Of a DNA stretch of 64,000 bases, positions 22,963 through 34,900 are shown in pieces. The stretch is from Monocercomonoides exilis PA203. Taxonomy: Eukaryota; Protista; Preaxostyla. Below the pieces are notes generated by a model, which saw only the letters and a program-made list of their open reading frames with translations, did not search any database and was not told where the DNA came from. Position 1 is the first letter of the stretch. Each line of letters opens with the position of its first letter. Location of the stretch: assembly GCA_001643675.2 (NCBI GenBank), contig LSRY02000005.1:682001-746000 (forward strand), written 5' to 3'. The translations under genes and the position numbers were made by a program.

Positions 22963-25900
22963 ATGATGAGTTGTTTTGTTTTTATTTTTTTGTTCTGCGC
23001 AAACTTATCCTGCGATGCTGGCGAATTCTATTTTCTTGAAAAACTCAGAAAGAACGACTTCAGAAAAGACGTTGTTGTTCGTGATATTCTTGAACCACTT
23101 TGCGATTGTGAAAGAAGTCGAGAGTGTCTTCCTGAGAACGCATGCCTTCATCGATTACGCGAAATTGACAAGGACAATAGAAGGCGCTTATATGGACTTG
23201 CATCCATTTCAGCACCAGTTTCCATCTGCAATTCTTCTTTGAGTTTTTATTCCCTTCAATTAAATTCCGAAGGAGACGATGCAGTTGCATCGTTGTCTGA
23301 CCAATCAACGTTTTTTGTGGGCAATTGTCTGCTTTCTTTGTCCCAAGTGTCGGGTGCCGATTTTGTTCATTCGTGGGGTGGGTCGATGTGCTTTTTCAAT
23401 TTGTCGTTGGCTCTGTCTGGACCGAACTGCCTTGTTCATTCGCTGGTTTCGTTTCCTGAAGCAAGCGCACAGCAGGCACATCGAAATAGCATCAAAATCA
23501 TGGACTCTTCGTTTTCGTCCTTCGGACTGTTTGATTCGCAACCGCTTGTCCAATCTTCGTGCTGTGATGTGATTAAGATTGAGCTCTGCTCCTTTGAAAA
23601 CATATCTCAAGAGCATGCAAGGAACAACGTTTCTTGTGCACAATGCTCGTCATTCACATTGGCATCGTGCATTATTTGCTCGATTGCCAACCCAACAGAA
23701 GGCTGCATTGCACCAAGAATATCAGATGGATCACTTCATTTTTTGAATTCTTCGTTTTTGAGATGCTCCAAAACTGCTGGCCAGAAAATTAATCACACAG
23801 GTTCGGAGAACACACTTGTGGACAACTGCTTGTATGAGAATGTTAACGGAACAAGCATATCGCATATTTCAACTGGTTCTTGCGTTGTGACAAATACAGA
23901 TTTTTTCAATTCAAGAGAATGCCTTTGCATAAATCCCAATTACTTTAGTGTTTTCAATTCCATCAACAACACATTTAATCTGTTAATAAAAAATAGTTTT
24001 GTGAACTGTATTTCTCCTTGTAAAGGAGAAGGCCCATTTACCATCTCAAATAACAATATGACATCTTGCGAAGCAATTTGGGGTGGAGGTTGCATTCATA
24101 TTCATAGAGGATTTACTAAAAACGACATCATATCAGATTGTTCATTTAAGAACTGCTTTGTAACAGGAAGAGATGTTCATTGCAATGGTGGAGGCGCAAT
24201 TTGGAACGGAGAGGGAGCAAAAGTGTCATATTCAAATGTTGCTTTTGAAAACTGCTGCGCCAATGAAACAGTTGGAGGGGCAATCTATTTTGATTCAAGA
24301 GATATATCATTGGTGCATCACAGTTCACTTTCTTTTTGCTTATTTGTTGATTGCGATGCACTTGGTGATGGAAAAGATATCTATGCAGAAAGTCCGTGGC
24401 AAGATATATTGAAAGAAAGTCAATTCAAATGGTGCTTGACAAGCAACTTTGCCGAGGCTAATCGACTCGTTTTTGGAGTTGGAGGGGATAAAAGCAGTTG
24501 GATAGGGAAAAATGAGATTTATGTTGACACCATGGGAAGGGATGAACCATTGTGCGGCTGGAAGACTAATCCATGCTTGACTGTGAGGAACTCTGTCCGT
24601 GATGCAACTTCCGCAAAGAAAGATCATCCATCTCGCATCAACATTAATGCAGGTTCATATGTGGAACAACCGCTTGTGATTGATTCTAAATATCTGGTTT
24701 TTGAAGGATCAAGCAATTATGGAACAAAGTTGAGTGCCAGTTCTGTGAATGCGAAAGCGCTTGTTGAAGTGTCATCTGGGTATGCCTCTATGCTCGGGTT
24801 ATTCATCGTCAGAAACTCTTCTGCGTCGACTGAACAGCCGTTGTTCTCTGTTTCTTCAGCATCTGGGGAGCTTGTGCTCTGCTTGTGCAAAATATCAGCT
24901 GAACCATCGCAAGTTTCTCCATTCACAACAGCATTTGCAGCAGTGTCGGCTGGTCTCTTGAATGTGTCGAGCACGACTGTTGAGTCGATGATATTTTCAG
25001 ATGTGTCAGCTGTTAGGATGGAGTCGTCGACACTGCACTGCTTCAATTTCGAGAATGCGAGTTTCAGAGGCATCACGCGAAGCGAAGGAAGCGGATCGGT
25101 GTTTGATGTGACTTTGGCGAGTGGGGATGAATTGGATTTGGATGAGGTGTCATTCAGCAGATGTGTGTGCAGCAAAGGGGATGGAGGGTCTGTGAGCTGT
25201 GTTCTGGAGGGAGGTGGGAGATTGATGCTTGGCACCACAAAAAGAATTGAAATGGAGGGATGTGGAGTGCCGCAGGACAGCATCAGGAAAGGAAAAGGGG
25301 GAGGAGTGCATCTGAAAGTGGTAGGGAGTTCGTCGAACTTTGCGATATGTGATGCTGGGTTTGGTGGATGCACAGCGTGGAAGGGAAACAACATATTTGT
25401 TGATGCGATCTCGTTGAGCGTGTCAATAACAAGGAGCACATTCGGGTTTGTGGAGACAGGGATGAGTGACGATGATCTGATGGGGTTTGAAGAGGAGTGG
25501 AGGGCAGATCCAGTTCCGCTTCTGGCATATCTGCAGGTGTTCTCGGGGGCAGCGGTTGTTGGAGGAGCGAAAAGGCGAGATTTCTCGGGGTGTGGAACAG
25601 CGAACTATCCGTGCGGGAGCATTGGATATGCAGCAGGACTTCGGTTTGGGAGCAGGAAAAGAATAATCACGCTGAATGGAGACTTTGAATGGACAGAGTC
25701 GGTGGTGTTTGATGCGTTTGGGTGGGAGGTGAAAAGTCCCACGAGAGGGCAAGAAACAAAAGTGTCGAGTGGAGGCACGAGCACAGCGGAAGGAATGGTG
25801 ACTGTTGAGATTGGATCGCTCATTGCGAACCTGAGTCTTTCAGCAGCTACGGAGCTTGGGAGGCATTCTTGGTTCATATTGTGCCAGTGTGGTGAGCTGT

Positions 25901-28900
25901 CGATGGCTGACTGCTCGCTGAAATGCTCATCGAGTGGAAATGCTGCATTTGGGTTTGGGTTCATAAAGATAAACGGAGGGAGCCTGCTATTGAGCAGATT
26001 TTCCACAGCATCGCAGATTGGGTTTGGGTCTGGTTCGCTGATCAGTCTGTCTGGAGCAGGGATGCTGAACTGTGATGGATGCACGATGAACAGCATCAGG
26101 AAGACGAGTGGAAATGGGGGGTGCATTTCGATTGAGAAGAACAGTTTGCTGGGAAACAGCGGATGCAGGGAGATAACGATTGATGGATGCACTTTCAGTG
26201 ATTGTTGTGTTGGTGGGAATGGAGGAGAAGGAGGAGAAGGAGGAGGGGTGAGTGCCTGGCTGGGAGAAAATGACATTCTGGCTGTGAATGGGTCGAGCTG
26301 TTTTGAGGAATGCCTTGCGCCAAGTGAAGAAGGATCAGGTGGAAAAGGAGGAGGAATGTGCCTCCGCTGTGGGGATGAATCTTTTTCTTTTGAAATACGG
26401 AATGAAGTTGAGTTCTCAAAGGTGAAAGGGAACAAGGCAGAGTTTGGGAAGGATGTGTTTGTTGGGTGTGAGAGTGGGGTTTTGCTCTCCCAAATGATCA
26501 ATTCGTCTTCGCTCGGATTTTTTGATTCGATGAAACAGCCGACAGATGCTTTGGGTTTGAGCGGGAGTGAAAATGGAAGCGATTCTGTTGTGATTCCTCT
26601 GCATGCATATCTTTGCCGTCTTCAATCCGAAATAATCACAGACAGCGGTAATGGAGTTGACCACACACACTGTGGATATGCTTCTTTTGCATGCTTGTCA
26701 ATCGATCACTGTGTTGGGAGCCGAATAAGCGACACATTGCACAACATCAAAGTTGTTTCAAGATCAGTTATCCAACAGGAAATATCGATCTCTTCCACAT
26801 CAGCGAATATCTATTCTGAGGCGCTTGTGCCAGTTTCAGTCAGAGACACAGGTGGGACAACTCAGGAAGGGCTGGTGATGTGTCTCTCTCCTGTTTTTCT
26901 GTCGAATCTGTCGCTGAGTGTGCCGAGAGCATTTGGAGCAGCAAGAAAAGCCTTTCTTTTGTGTTCGTCATCGCTTTCAATTGCCAACTGCTGTGTGGAA
27001 TGCTCCTCAGAAAATGCAGGCGATCCTGTTTCTTTCAGTGTGATCTTTGTGAAGAGAGGAGATCTGGTGGTGAGTGGCTTCACAATGGAAGTTGGTGTAG
27101 CATTCACAACTTCTCCAATTTGGATTTGGGGTTACAATGCTGTCACAATGGAGAACAGCAGCGTGTGTGGAATGAGGAGGATGAATGGCGATGGCGGGTG
27201 CCTTTATATCAACGAGGCAAATGGAGATGGCAAAAGCATCACAATCCAAAAATGCAACTTCAGTGGGATGTGTGATGAAGGGAATGGAATTCGAGGCGGG
27301 GGAATCATGGGGAATGTTGGGAGCGGGAATGCTTTGAGTGTGAAAAGCACAAGCTTTGAGAACTGCATGGTGCCTTCGGATGGCAGTGAAAATGGAGGGA
27401 AAGGATTGGGGGGTGGGATGTATCTCTGCTTGAAGGAAAGCATCGGAAGCCTCGCCTTCGATAATATTTCATTCAGGAGCTGCAATGCCTGGAAAGGAAA
27501 GGAGCTGTTTGTTGATGGAGAAGATCTGAGGCAGATTGTTGGGGATTGGTTGCAATGTTTCAAAACAGAGACCATCTTGGCTGAAGACATGATGGGGTTT
27601 GAGAGAAGCACGACAAATCGCGAATTCCACATTCCGCTCATGCTGTATTTCCGAGCATTTGAAGAGCCTTGCTTCATTGGCGGAGCAGAGGAGAAGAGCC
27701 TTGATTACACAGGATGTGGGTTTTCGGATTATCCGTGTGGAACGCTGCCGTATGGGGGTTTTGTGCGATTTGGGGATTCGAAGGCGCATTTGAGGCTCAC
27801 AGATCGCTTTTGCTTTGCTGATGCGATTATTTTGAGTTCACAAGAGATGGACATTGATGCAGGGGCAAACGGCACAGAGATAAATGTGCTGTCTGATGGA
27901 GCAGGAGAAGGCGAAGGACTCATCGAGACAAGCAATGCAATCTCATTCAGTGGAATCGCATTCAATGTTTCGACAACATTCACAGCAGCTGAAAGAAAGA
28001 GTCTGTTCCTGTGCTGTGGCTCAGCCCTTTCGCTGGTTGATTGCTCGGTGAGCGCACAATCGAAGAAGATTGGGTTTGGATATGTGATTGTGAGGGGTGG
28101 GAGTCTCCATGTTCTGAGGGGAGTGCTGAACGAAATAGAGCTGGTGGGAGCGCCAGTGGTTGAATTGAGTGGCAGTGGCAGCCGATGCACCATGGAAGAT
28201 GTGGAATGGAACAACCTGAAGACAGGATCGGCTGAAGGGCTTGTTGTTGCGAAGTCAAGCAGCCATGTTGAGATGAAAAACTCGAAGGTGTCAGGGCCGA
28301 CGAAGTTTGAGAACCACGGGGTGCTGTTTGTGGAGGAGTCGTCGAGTGCAGCAGTTGAAAAGAGCAACTTCAGTCTTTTGACGAGGAACGAAGGAAACGG
28401 GGTGGTGATTGTGGTGAGAGTTGGAGGGGGAAAGACGTTGAGTGTGGACTGTTGCTCATTCACAACGATCAGCTGCATGGCGAGTGGCTCTCAAGGTGGA
28501 AGTGTCATCGCATCTGTGTCTGCCAATGGGGAGCTGCTGTTCAACAACAACACGGTTGAGGAGAGCAAAGTGAGGAAAGCGGATGGGCTGGGGGGAGGGC
28601 TGCACATGGAGTTTCTGAGCAGCGAGGTTGGATACTCGATGAAGAACAACATATTCCGGAGCAACGATGCGATGCTGGGATACGATGTGTATCTTGTGTG
28701 CCCTGCGCCGCGGATGACGATCGACCGAAACAAGTGGGCAGGGTCGGCCACAGAAGGCCAGGAGGAGGAAACGATGTGGGTGATTGATCCATCATTTCCG
28801 GATGGAACAGACACGCTTCTGAAGTATCTGTTTCCGAGAGCAGACGAAATAATATATGTGAACACACTCAATGGCCAAACAGACAAGTGTGGGGCAGACG

Positions 28901-31900
28901 ATTATCCTTGCGTTGAGCTGTGGTATGCTTCAAGGAAGATGACCGAGGAGAAGCGGATCCTACGAGTTCTTTCATCGTGCGAGCTGAGCGGAGCAATAGA
29001 GAAGGAAAACGTTTCGATTACAATTGAAGGGAAAGGGGAGGACGGGAGTCGGGTGATTGTGGGGAAAGAGGGGCACTTGAAGATGGGAGTTGGAACCACG
29101 CTCACAACACTGACGATTTCGAAGATTGGATTTGAGCTGCCAGGAGCATCAGATTTTGCTGAGCTGGTGGAAGTTGGGGTGGGCAAAACATATTTTGTGG
29201 AGTGCACATTCGGAAGCGCAGATCCGGAAGCACCAGCAGAGACAAGCATGCGGATCATAACAGGGAGAGGCGGAAGGATCTCGCTGGATGGAGTGACCAT
29301 AAAGAACATGGAATATAAAGCTGACTACGGAATCTTTCTGAGCGGCGAGGTTGGGTGCACATTTGACAGTGTGGAAGTGAGCAACATCCGATCGAGCGGG
29401 AAAGGGATGGTTGTTGGAGAAGGGGGAACAGAGGTTTTGGTGAATGAATTGAGAAGCACAAACTGCACATTTGGGAATGGTGGATTTGTTGTGCTGAAGA
29501 AAGTGAAGATGCTGAAGTGGAAGAATGGGACGAGCATGACTGATTGCAGGAACGAAGGAGGAAACGGGGGATGTGGGTTTATTTCAGTTGAGGGAGAAAG
29601 CGATGTTGAGATGAACGGGACAAGCATCAGGTCGTGTTCAGTGAACGAGGAAGGCGGAAGAGGAGGCGGGCTGTATCTGGAGATTTCAGAGAATCGCCTG
29701 GTGAGGATGAAGCTGACAGAAATGGGGTTTGCAGAGAATTGTGCGTTTGAGGGGAAAGACATGTTTGTTTTGAGCACAGATGTGAATGCGACAGTTGTGA
29801 GAGAAAGATTTGCGTTTCAGCTGCAGAACGAGAGAAACGAAAGCGTTGTTGATCTGAAAGGCACAGATGATGCTTTGTTGGGCGGATCTGTTGTTGATCT
29901 TCTGCTATTCCTGATCCAAAGGAAGGAGAACACGATTCTTGTTTCAAGGGGTGGAATGGACATTCTGGGGTGTGGAAGTGCAGAATTCGGTTGCCTGTCG
30001 TTCTGGAGAGGATATGAAAACATCGATTTGGAAGCGCCGAATCGAGTGATGCAAATTGACACAGGAGCAAACATCAAAAACCATTTCGATCTCTCATCGT
30101 TCAAAGTTGTGTCGAGGAAGGCAGATGAGAGGTGTGTGGTGCTGTTTGAGGATGCCCTGGAAGGAGGTGAAGAGAAGTCAGTCATCCGAAACACGAAAGA
30201 ACTGAAGTTGGAATTGGTTCAGCTTTCGCTTCCTTCATCATTCACAAACAACGAAAATGTTCTTCTCCACTCTTCATCAGCAGATTCATGCCTTTCGCTC
30301 AATGGATGCACCTTCAAGTGCAGCAGCGCATCAGACTTGGAGTTTTGCCTTATTTGTTCTGAAGGGGGTGATGTTCAGCTGGAGAGCTGTGATTTCTCTT
30401 CGCTGTCTTTCTCGTCAACGCCTGTTCTGCTGAATTCTTCGTGTGAAATAATCGGATGCAATTTCTCATCGATATCTGCGAAGTGGAGCCAGAAGGGAGG
30501 AGCGGTTTGTGTGGAGCTGGTGGGCGAAGCGACATTTTCGATGAGCCAAACAGAAACAGTTGGGTGCGGCTGCTCTGAAGAACAAGGGAAAGGAGGGTTT
30601 GCGTTTGTTGAGTGCCAGGGTGCTTTGGTTGAAAATCCTTTTGTTTTTGGAGAAGATGTTTCATTTGCTGGACACAAGGCGCAGAGAGGAAAAAACATAT
30701 TCATCTGGGCAGGGGATCTGAACAAAACAGTGACGCTGTCGACCTTCTGCTTTGACTTCAGGAAAAGCGGAGAAGACGAGCTGCTGTTTTGTGGGAGGGA
30801 TTTGGTCTGGGAAGACACCACGCTGCTGCGTTTCTTGGAGGCATTCACAAGCGCAACGATATTTGTGAGCTCTGGTGGATACGATATCATGAGATGCGGA
30901 AGCGCAGAGGATCCGTGCCGGAGTGTGTGGAAAGGGATGAGGCAGATGGAGGGAGGTGCTGGGCAGAAGTGGATGAAAATAGCCGATGAGACGACTGTGC
31001 AGGATATGTTTGTGCTCTCCAACTTTGTTTTTGAGCATGAAGAAACAGAGGAGGACAGTCGAGGAATGCTGATATTTGCGAGCAGGACAGCGGACAGGAG
31101 CGATGCAGGAATAAGGAGCGAGGGAGATGTGCAGCTGAAGAGGATTTCAGTTGTGGTGTCGGAAGGGTTTTGGAACGAGCAGCAGTATTCATTGGTTGGG
31201 AAAAGCGGGCTGATTGGGATGAGCGGTTGCTCGTTTGTTGCGGAGACTCGTGGAGATGTGGCCGCGAAGGTTGGACTTTTGGCGATGGAGAGCGGGGTGG
31301 TGAATGTGAGGAAGCTGGTGGTTGAGAATGTGATGTCGGAGGTGGGGGTGTTTGCGATGGGCAAGGGATGCGAGTGTGTGATGCAAGAAGTTGTGGGTTC
31401 GGGATGCACGTTTTCTGGCGAGGGATTTGTGAAAATAGCATCAGGCGGAAATCGAAAGGAAGGAAAGAATGGAGTTGGATGCTCGGTTGCAATGAACGAG
31501 TCGACGTTCCAGCTGATCAGTCGGAGCAGCAACGGGCCAGCGATCATCAGTTCGGCAGGGTGTGTGGCGGAGCTGTCCATCAGGGGATGCGCATTTGACT
31601 CGTGCAAGGCAGTGGGGTCAGAGAAGGGAGGGGGAGTATTTGAGGAGCTTGAGAGCGAAGGAGCTCTATCAATGATCAAATCATCAGTGATTCAGTGTGG
31701 GTGCGACAATGGCAGGGGAAAGGGGGGAGGGATATACATATATGCCAGCTTTGAGGGAGCACTGCCATTTGTGTTTGAGAAGATGACGTTCAAAGGGAAC
31801 AGCGCGAAAGTGGGGAATGATGTGTTTGTGGAGTGTGTTGACATCGAGAGGCAGATCAACGAGACGCAGTTCTGCTTTGACTTGCGAGAAACAGCATACA

Positions 31901-34900
31901 CGAGGCTGAATGCGATCTACGGGATGGACAGGACAAGCCACCAGAGCGACACGAATCTGATGGACTTCATCACGATCCACCAGGCAGACACGATCATCCT
32001 GTCGTCTGCTCCGTCGAAGAATGGGAGGAACGAGAGGCAGTGTGGGACGCTGAAGCTCCCGTGCCTGACGATGGGGTATGGGCTGAGCCATTTGACGAAC
32101 GATGTGGAAAGCCGGCTTCTTGTGGATGAGGAGTCGTTTGTGGAAAAGGAGATGGATCTGGAGGATGTTTCGGTGGCGTCTCGGAGGGATGATGCTTCGA
32201 AAGTTTCGATATTCCGAGACATTCCGCAAACAAGAGGGAGCGTGATAACAGCAAGAGGGAGTGTTTCTGTGACGAATATCGAGTTTTTCTTTGGCTCAGA
32301 TTTTTCGACAGCGCACCGTGTTTTGGTTGCAGCAGAGGCAGGAAGCCTGTCTCTGCTTTCGTGTAGCTTTGCGCAGTCACAGGAGGAAAGCAGCACACAA
32401 GCAATCGGGCTGGGGCTTATCTCAGCTGAAGGGGGAGAAGTGGAGATAAGCAAGATGAACATCAGCCGAATTTGGCTTTGTGGTGAATCGGCGATTGGAA
32501 TTGTTGATTCAGAAGAATCAGAAGAATCAGAGGGGAGAGTGGTGCTGTCAGAAATGAAAGTGGAAGATGTTGTTCTGGATGAGGGTGCATTCATTCTGAT
32601 TGAAGGAGCACGATCATTGTCCGAGCAGGCGAAAAATGGAAGAGAAAGATTAGTTGAACTGAAAGCGGTGTCTTTCAACAACGTTTCTTCTGCACAGGAA
32701 GAAGGAGGAGTTATTGGATGCTCAACGTTCAACGAAGGGATTTATTTTGACAACTGCAGTTTTGGGAACACATCGTCAAAGTCTGAAGGAGGAAGTGTAA
32801 TGACTTTTTGCAGGTGCAGCAGCGTGTCAATATATTGGAATGTGCTTCGAGGCGAGCTGGGTTATTCAGAAAGAGGTGGAAACAAGGAAGAAGCAGAGAT
32901 TTGCGGATGGGCAACTTCGGCTGTTTCGTTTGTCAACAGCACAGCAACGTTAAAAGACACCACAATTGAGAACTTTTCGAAAGGAGGGGTGAGAGTGACA
33001 GGCGGGCAGTTGCTCATCGAGAAGGGTGAGTTTGTGGGGAACGATCCAAGGATTGAGGGATACCCATCAACAAGAAGGAACATTGTGTGTGGAGGCAAAG
33101 GGAGCGTGAATGTTGGGAGTCTGAAAGGAGGAGATGGGCAGGAAAAGAATGGATCGCTTTGGATGCTGAATGAAGGATGCAAGCTGAGCGGGATTGTGGA
33201 AGAAAGGAAAGCTTCTTTGTTTGTGCCCACTTTGGAAAGTGTGGCTGTGGAAGAGGAAGGAGCAGAGTTGAAGGTGGCATTCAAAGGGCAACTTCTTTTG
33301 CCTTGCAATTTGTCATTTCGGGTGGTGACAGCCATCCGATCAGAAGCATTGGTGGTGCGATATGAGTTTGAATCAGAAGGGTTTGTCTCGGAAGATGAGA
33401 CTTGGGGCAAAATACCTTCAAATTCAATTCGAGAGGTGGAAGAGGAAGCAGAGGTAACCGTTTCAATTCTTTTTGGAGATAAAGAGGCACCATCATCAAC
33501 TGAAGCAATTATTCTGAAGAACAAAAGCAAGATACAAGCTGCTGGAGATGATATTATTGTTGAAGGAGGAAAAGAAAGAAAATCAATATGGCCTATTATT
33601 GTTGTTGTATTGGCAGTGCTGTTCTTGATAGTATTAGTTGGATTTATTGTGTTTGTTGTTCGATGGAGAAGAGCAAAGATAGAGAACAACGATTTGAGAG
33701 AGATTGTGAATGATAACATCAGAAAAGATCCAAAGGCGTTTGAGATGGTGACAATGGAGATGTCGCCAGAAGAGCAGTGGAGGAGAGCAGAAAGAGAGGC
33801 AGAGAAGAAGAATGAGGAGAGGATAAAGAAGAGGGTGTATGAGAAAAGCTTGGGACATTCAGAGTCATCAGAGCATTTGTTGAGTGAATGTGGATCAACT
33901 GAATATATCCTTGGAAGAGATTCAGACAAAATACCTCAATGGATGCTGGAGAAGATTGATGAGAAGGAAATTGAGGATGAGGAGACGAGAAAGAGAACAC
34001 CATCACCATCCATCTCATCCACTTCAACAACTGATTCAGATTCCACTTTTATCCGGCCAGAGAGCATGTGCCCGACCACCTCATCGATGTCGAATCTGGT
34101 GGATGCGATGGCCTGCTCATCGCCTCATGAGAAGCTGATTGTGGATCTGAGGGATTCGCTGTTCATGCTGCTGCATGGGCGGAACAAGACGAAGGAGATG
34201 GCGATCGGGACGGTGGAGGAGAGGATGGCGACAGGGGCGCAGATCCTGTTCTGGGTGGGGAATGTGGCGCTGCACTCGTTTGGGGAGATGGAAGTTCCGC
34301 TGGAGTCGCTGGACAGGCTGAGTCCGCACATTGTGCTGTTCTCGGAGCACATGGTGATCTGTGTTGTGATGCACTCGGGGAGTTCATCGTCAGAGGATTC
34401 GGACTCGTCGTCAGTGTCATCGCTGAGCGTTGTCTCGTCATCGTCGAATGTGTCGGTGATGAGCGAGAGGTTCACGGACTCGCCGCCGCCGTCGTCGGCG
34501 TTTGAGGATGAAGAAGGGGAAAAGGAGTATTTGCGGTGGAGGGCGCCGGAGCTACTGGAGGGGAGGAAGAAGCATGCGACAAAGAAGTCTGTTGTGTTTT
34601 CGATGGGGATGATGCTGTGGGAGTGTGTGGCGCTGGCGATCCCGTTTGGGGAGTATGATGCAGAAACGGCGGGAGAGAAGGTGAGGCATGGAGAGCGGCC
34701 GGGGGTGTGGCGGGAGGAGTGGGCGGCGGGGGAAGTTGTGGAGAGCATGGTGCGGCAGAAGGCAGGGGAGCGGGCGACGCTGGTGGATGTGAAGCGGGAG
34801 CTGTTCAAGCACTTTCCGTCGGGGACGGTGTTTGTGACGATGTCGGATGCAATCGACTGCTATGGGTCGGGGTGGTGTGGGAGTGGAGATGGCAGGGACG

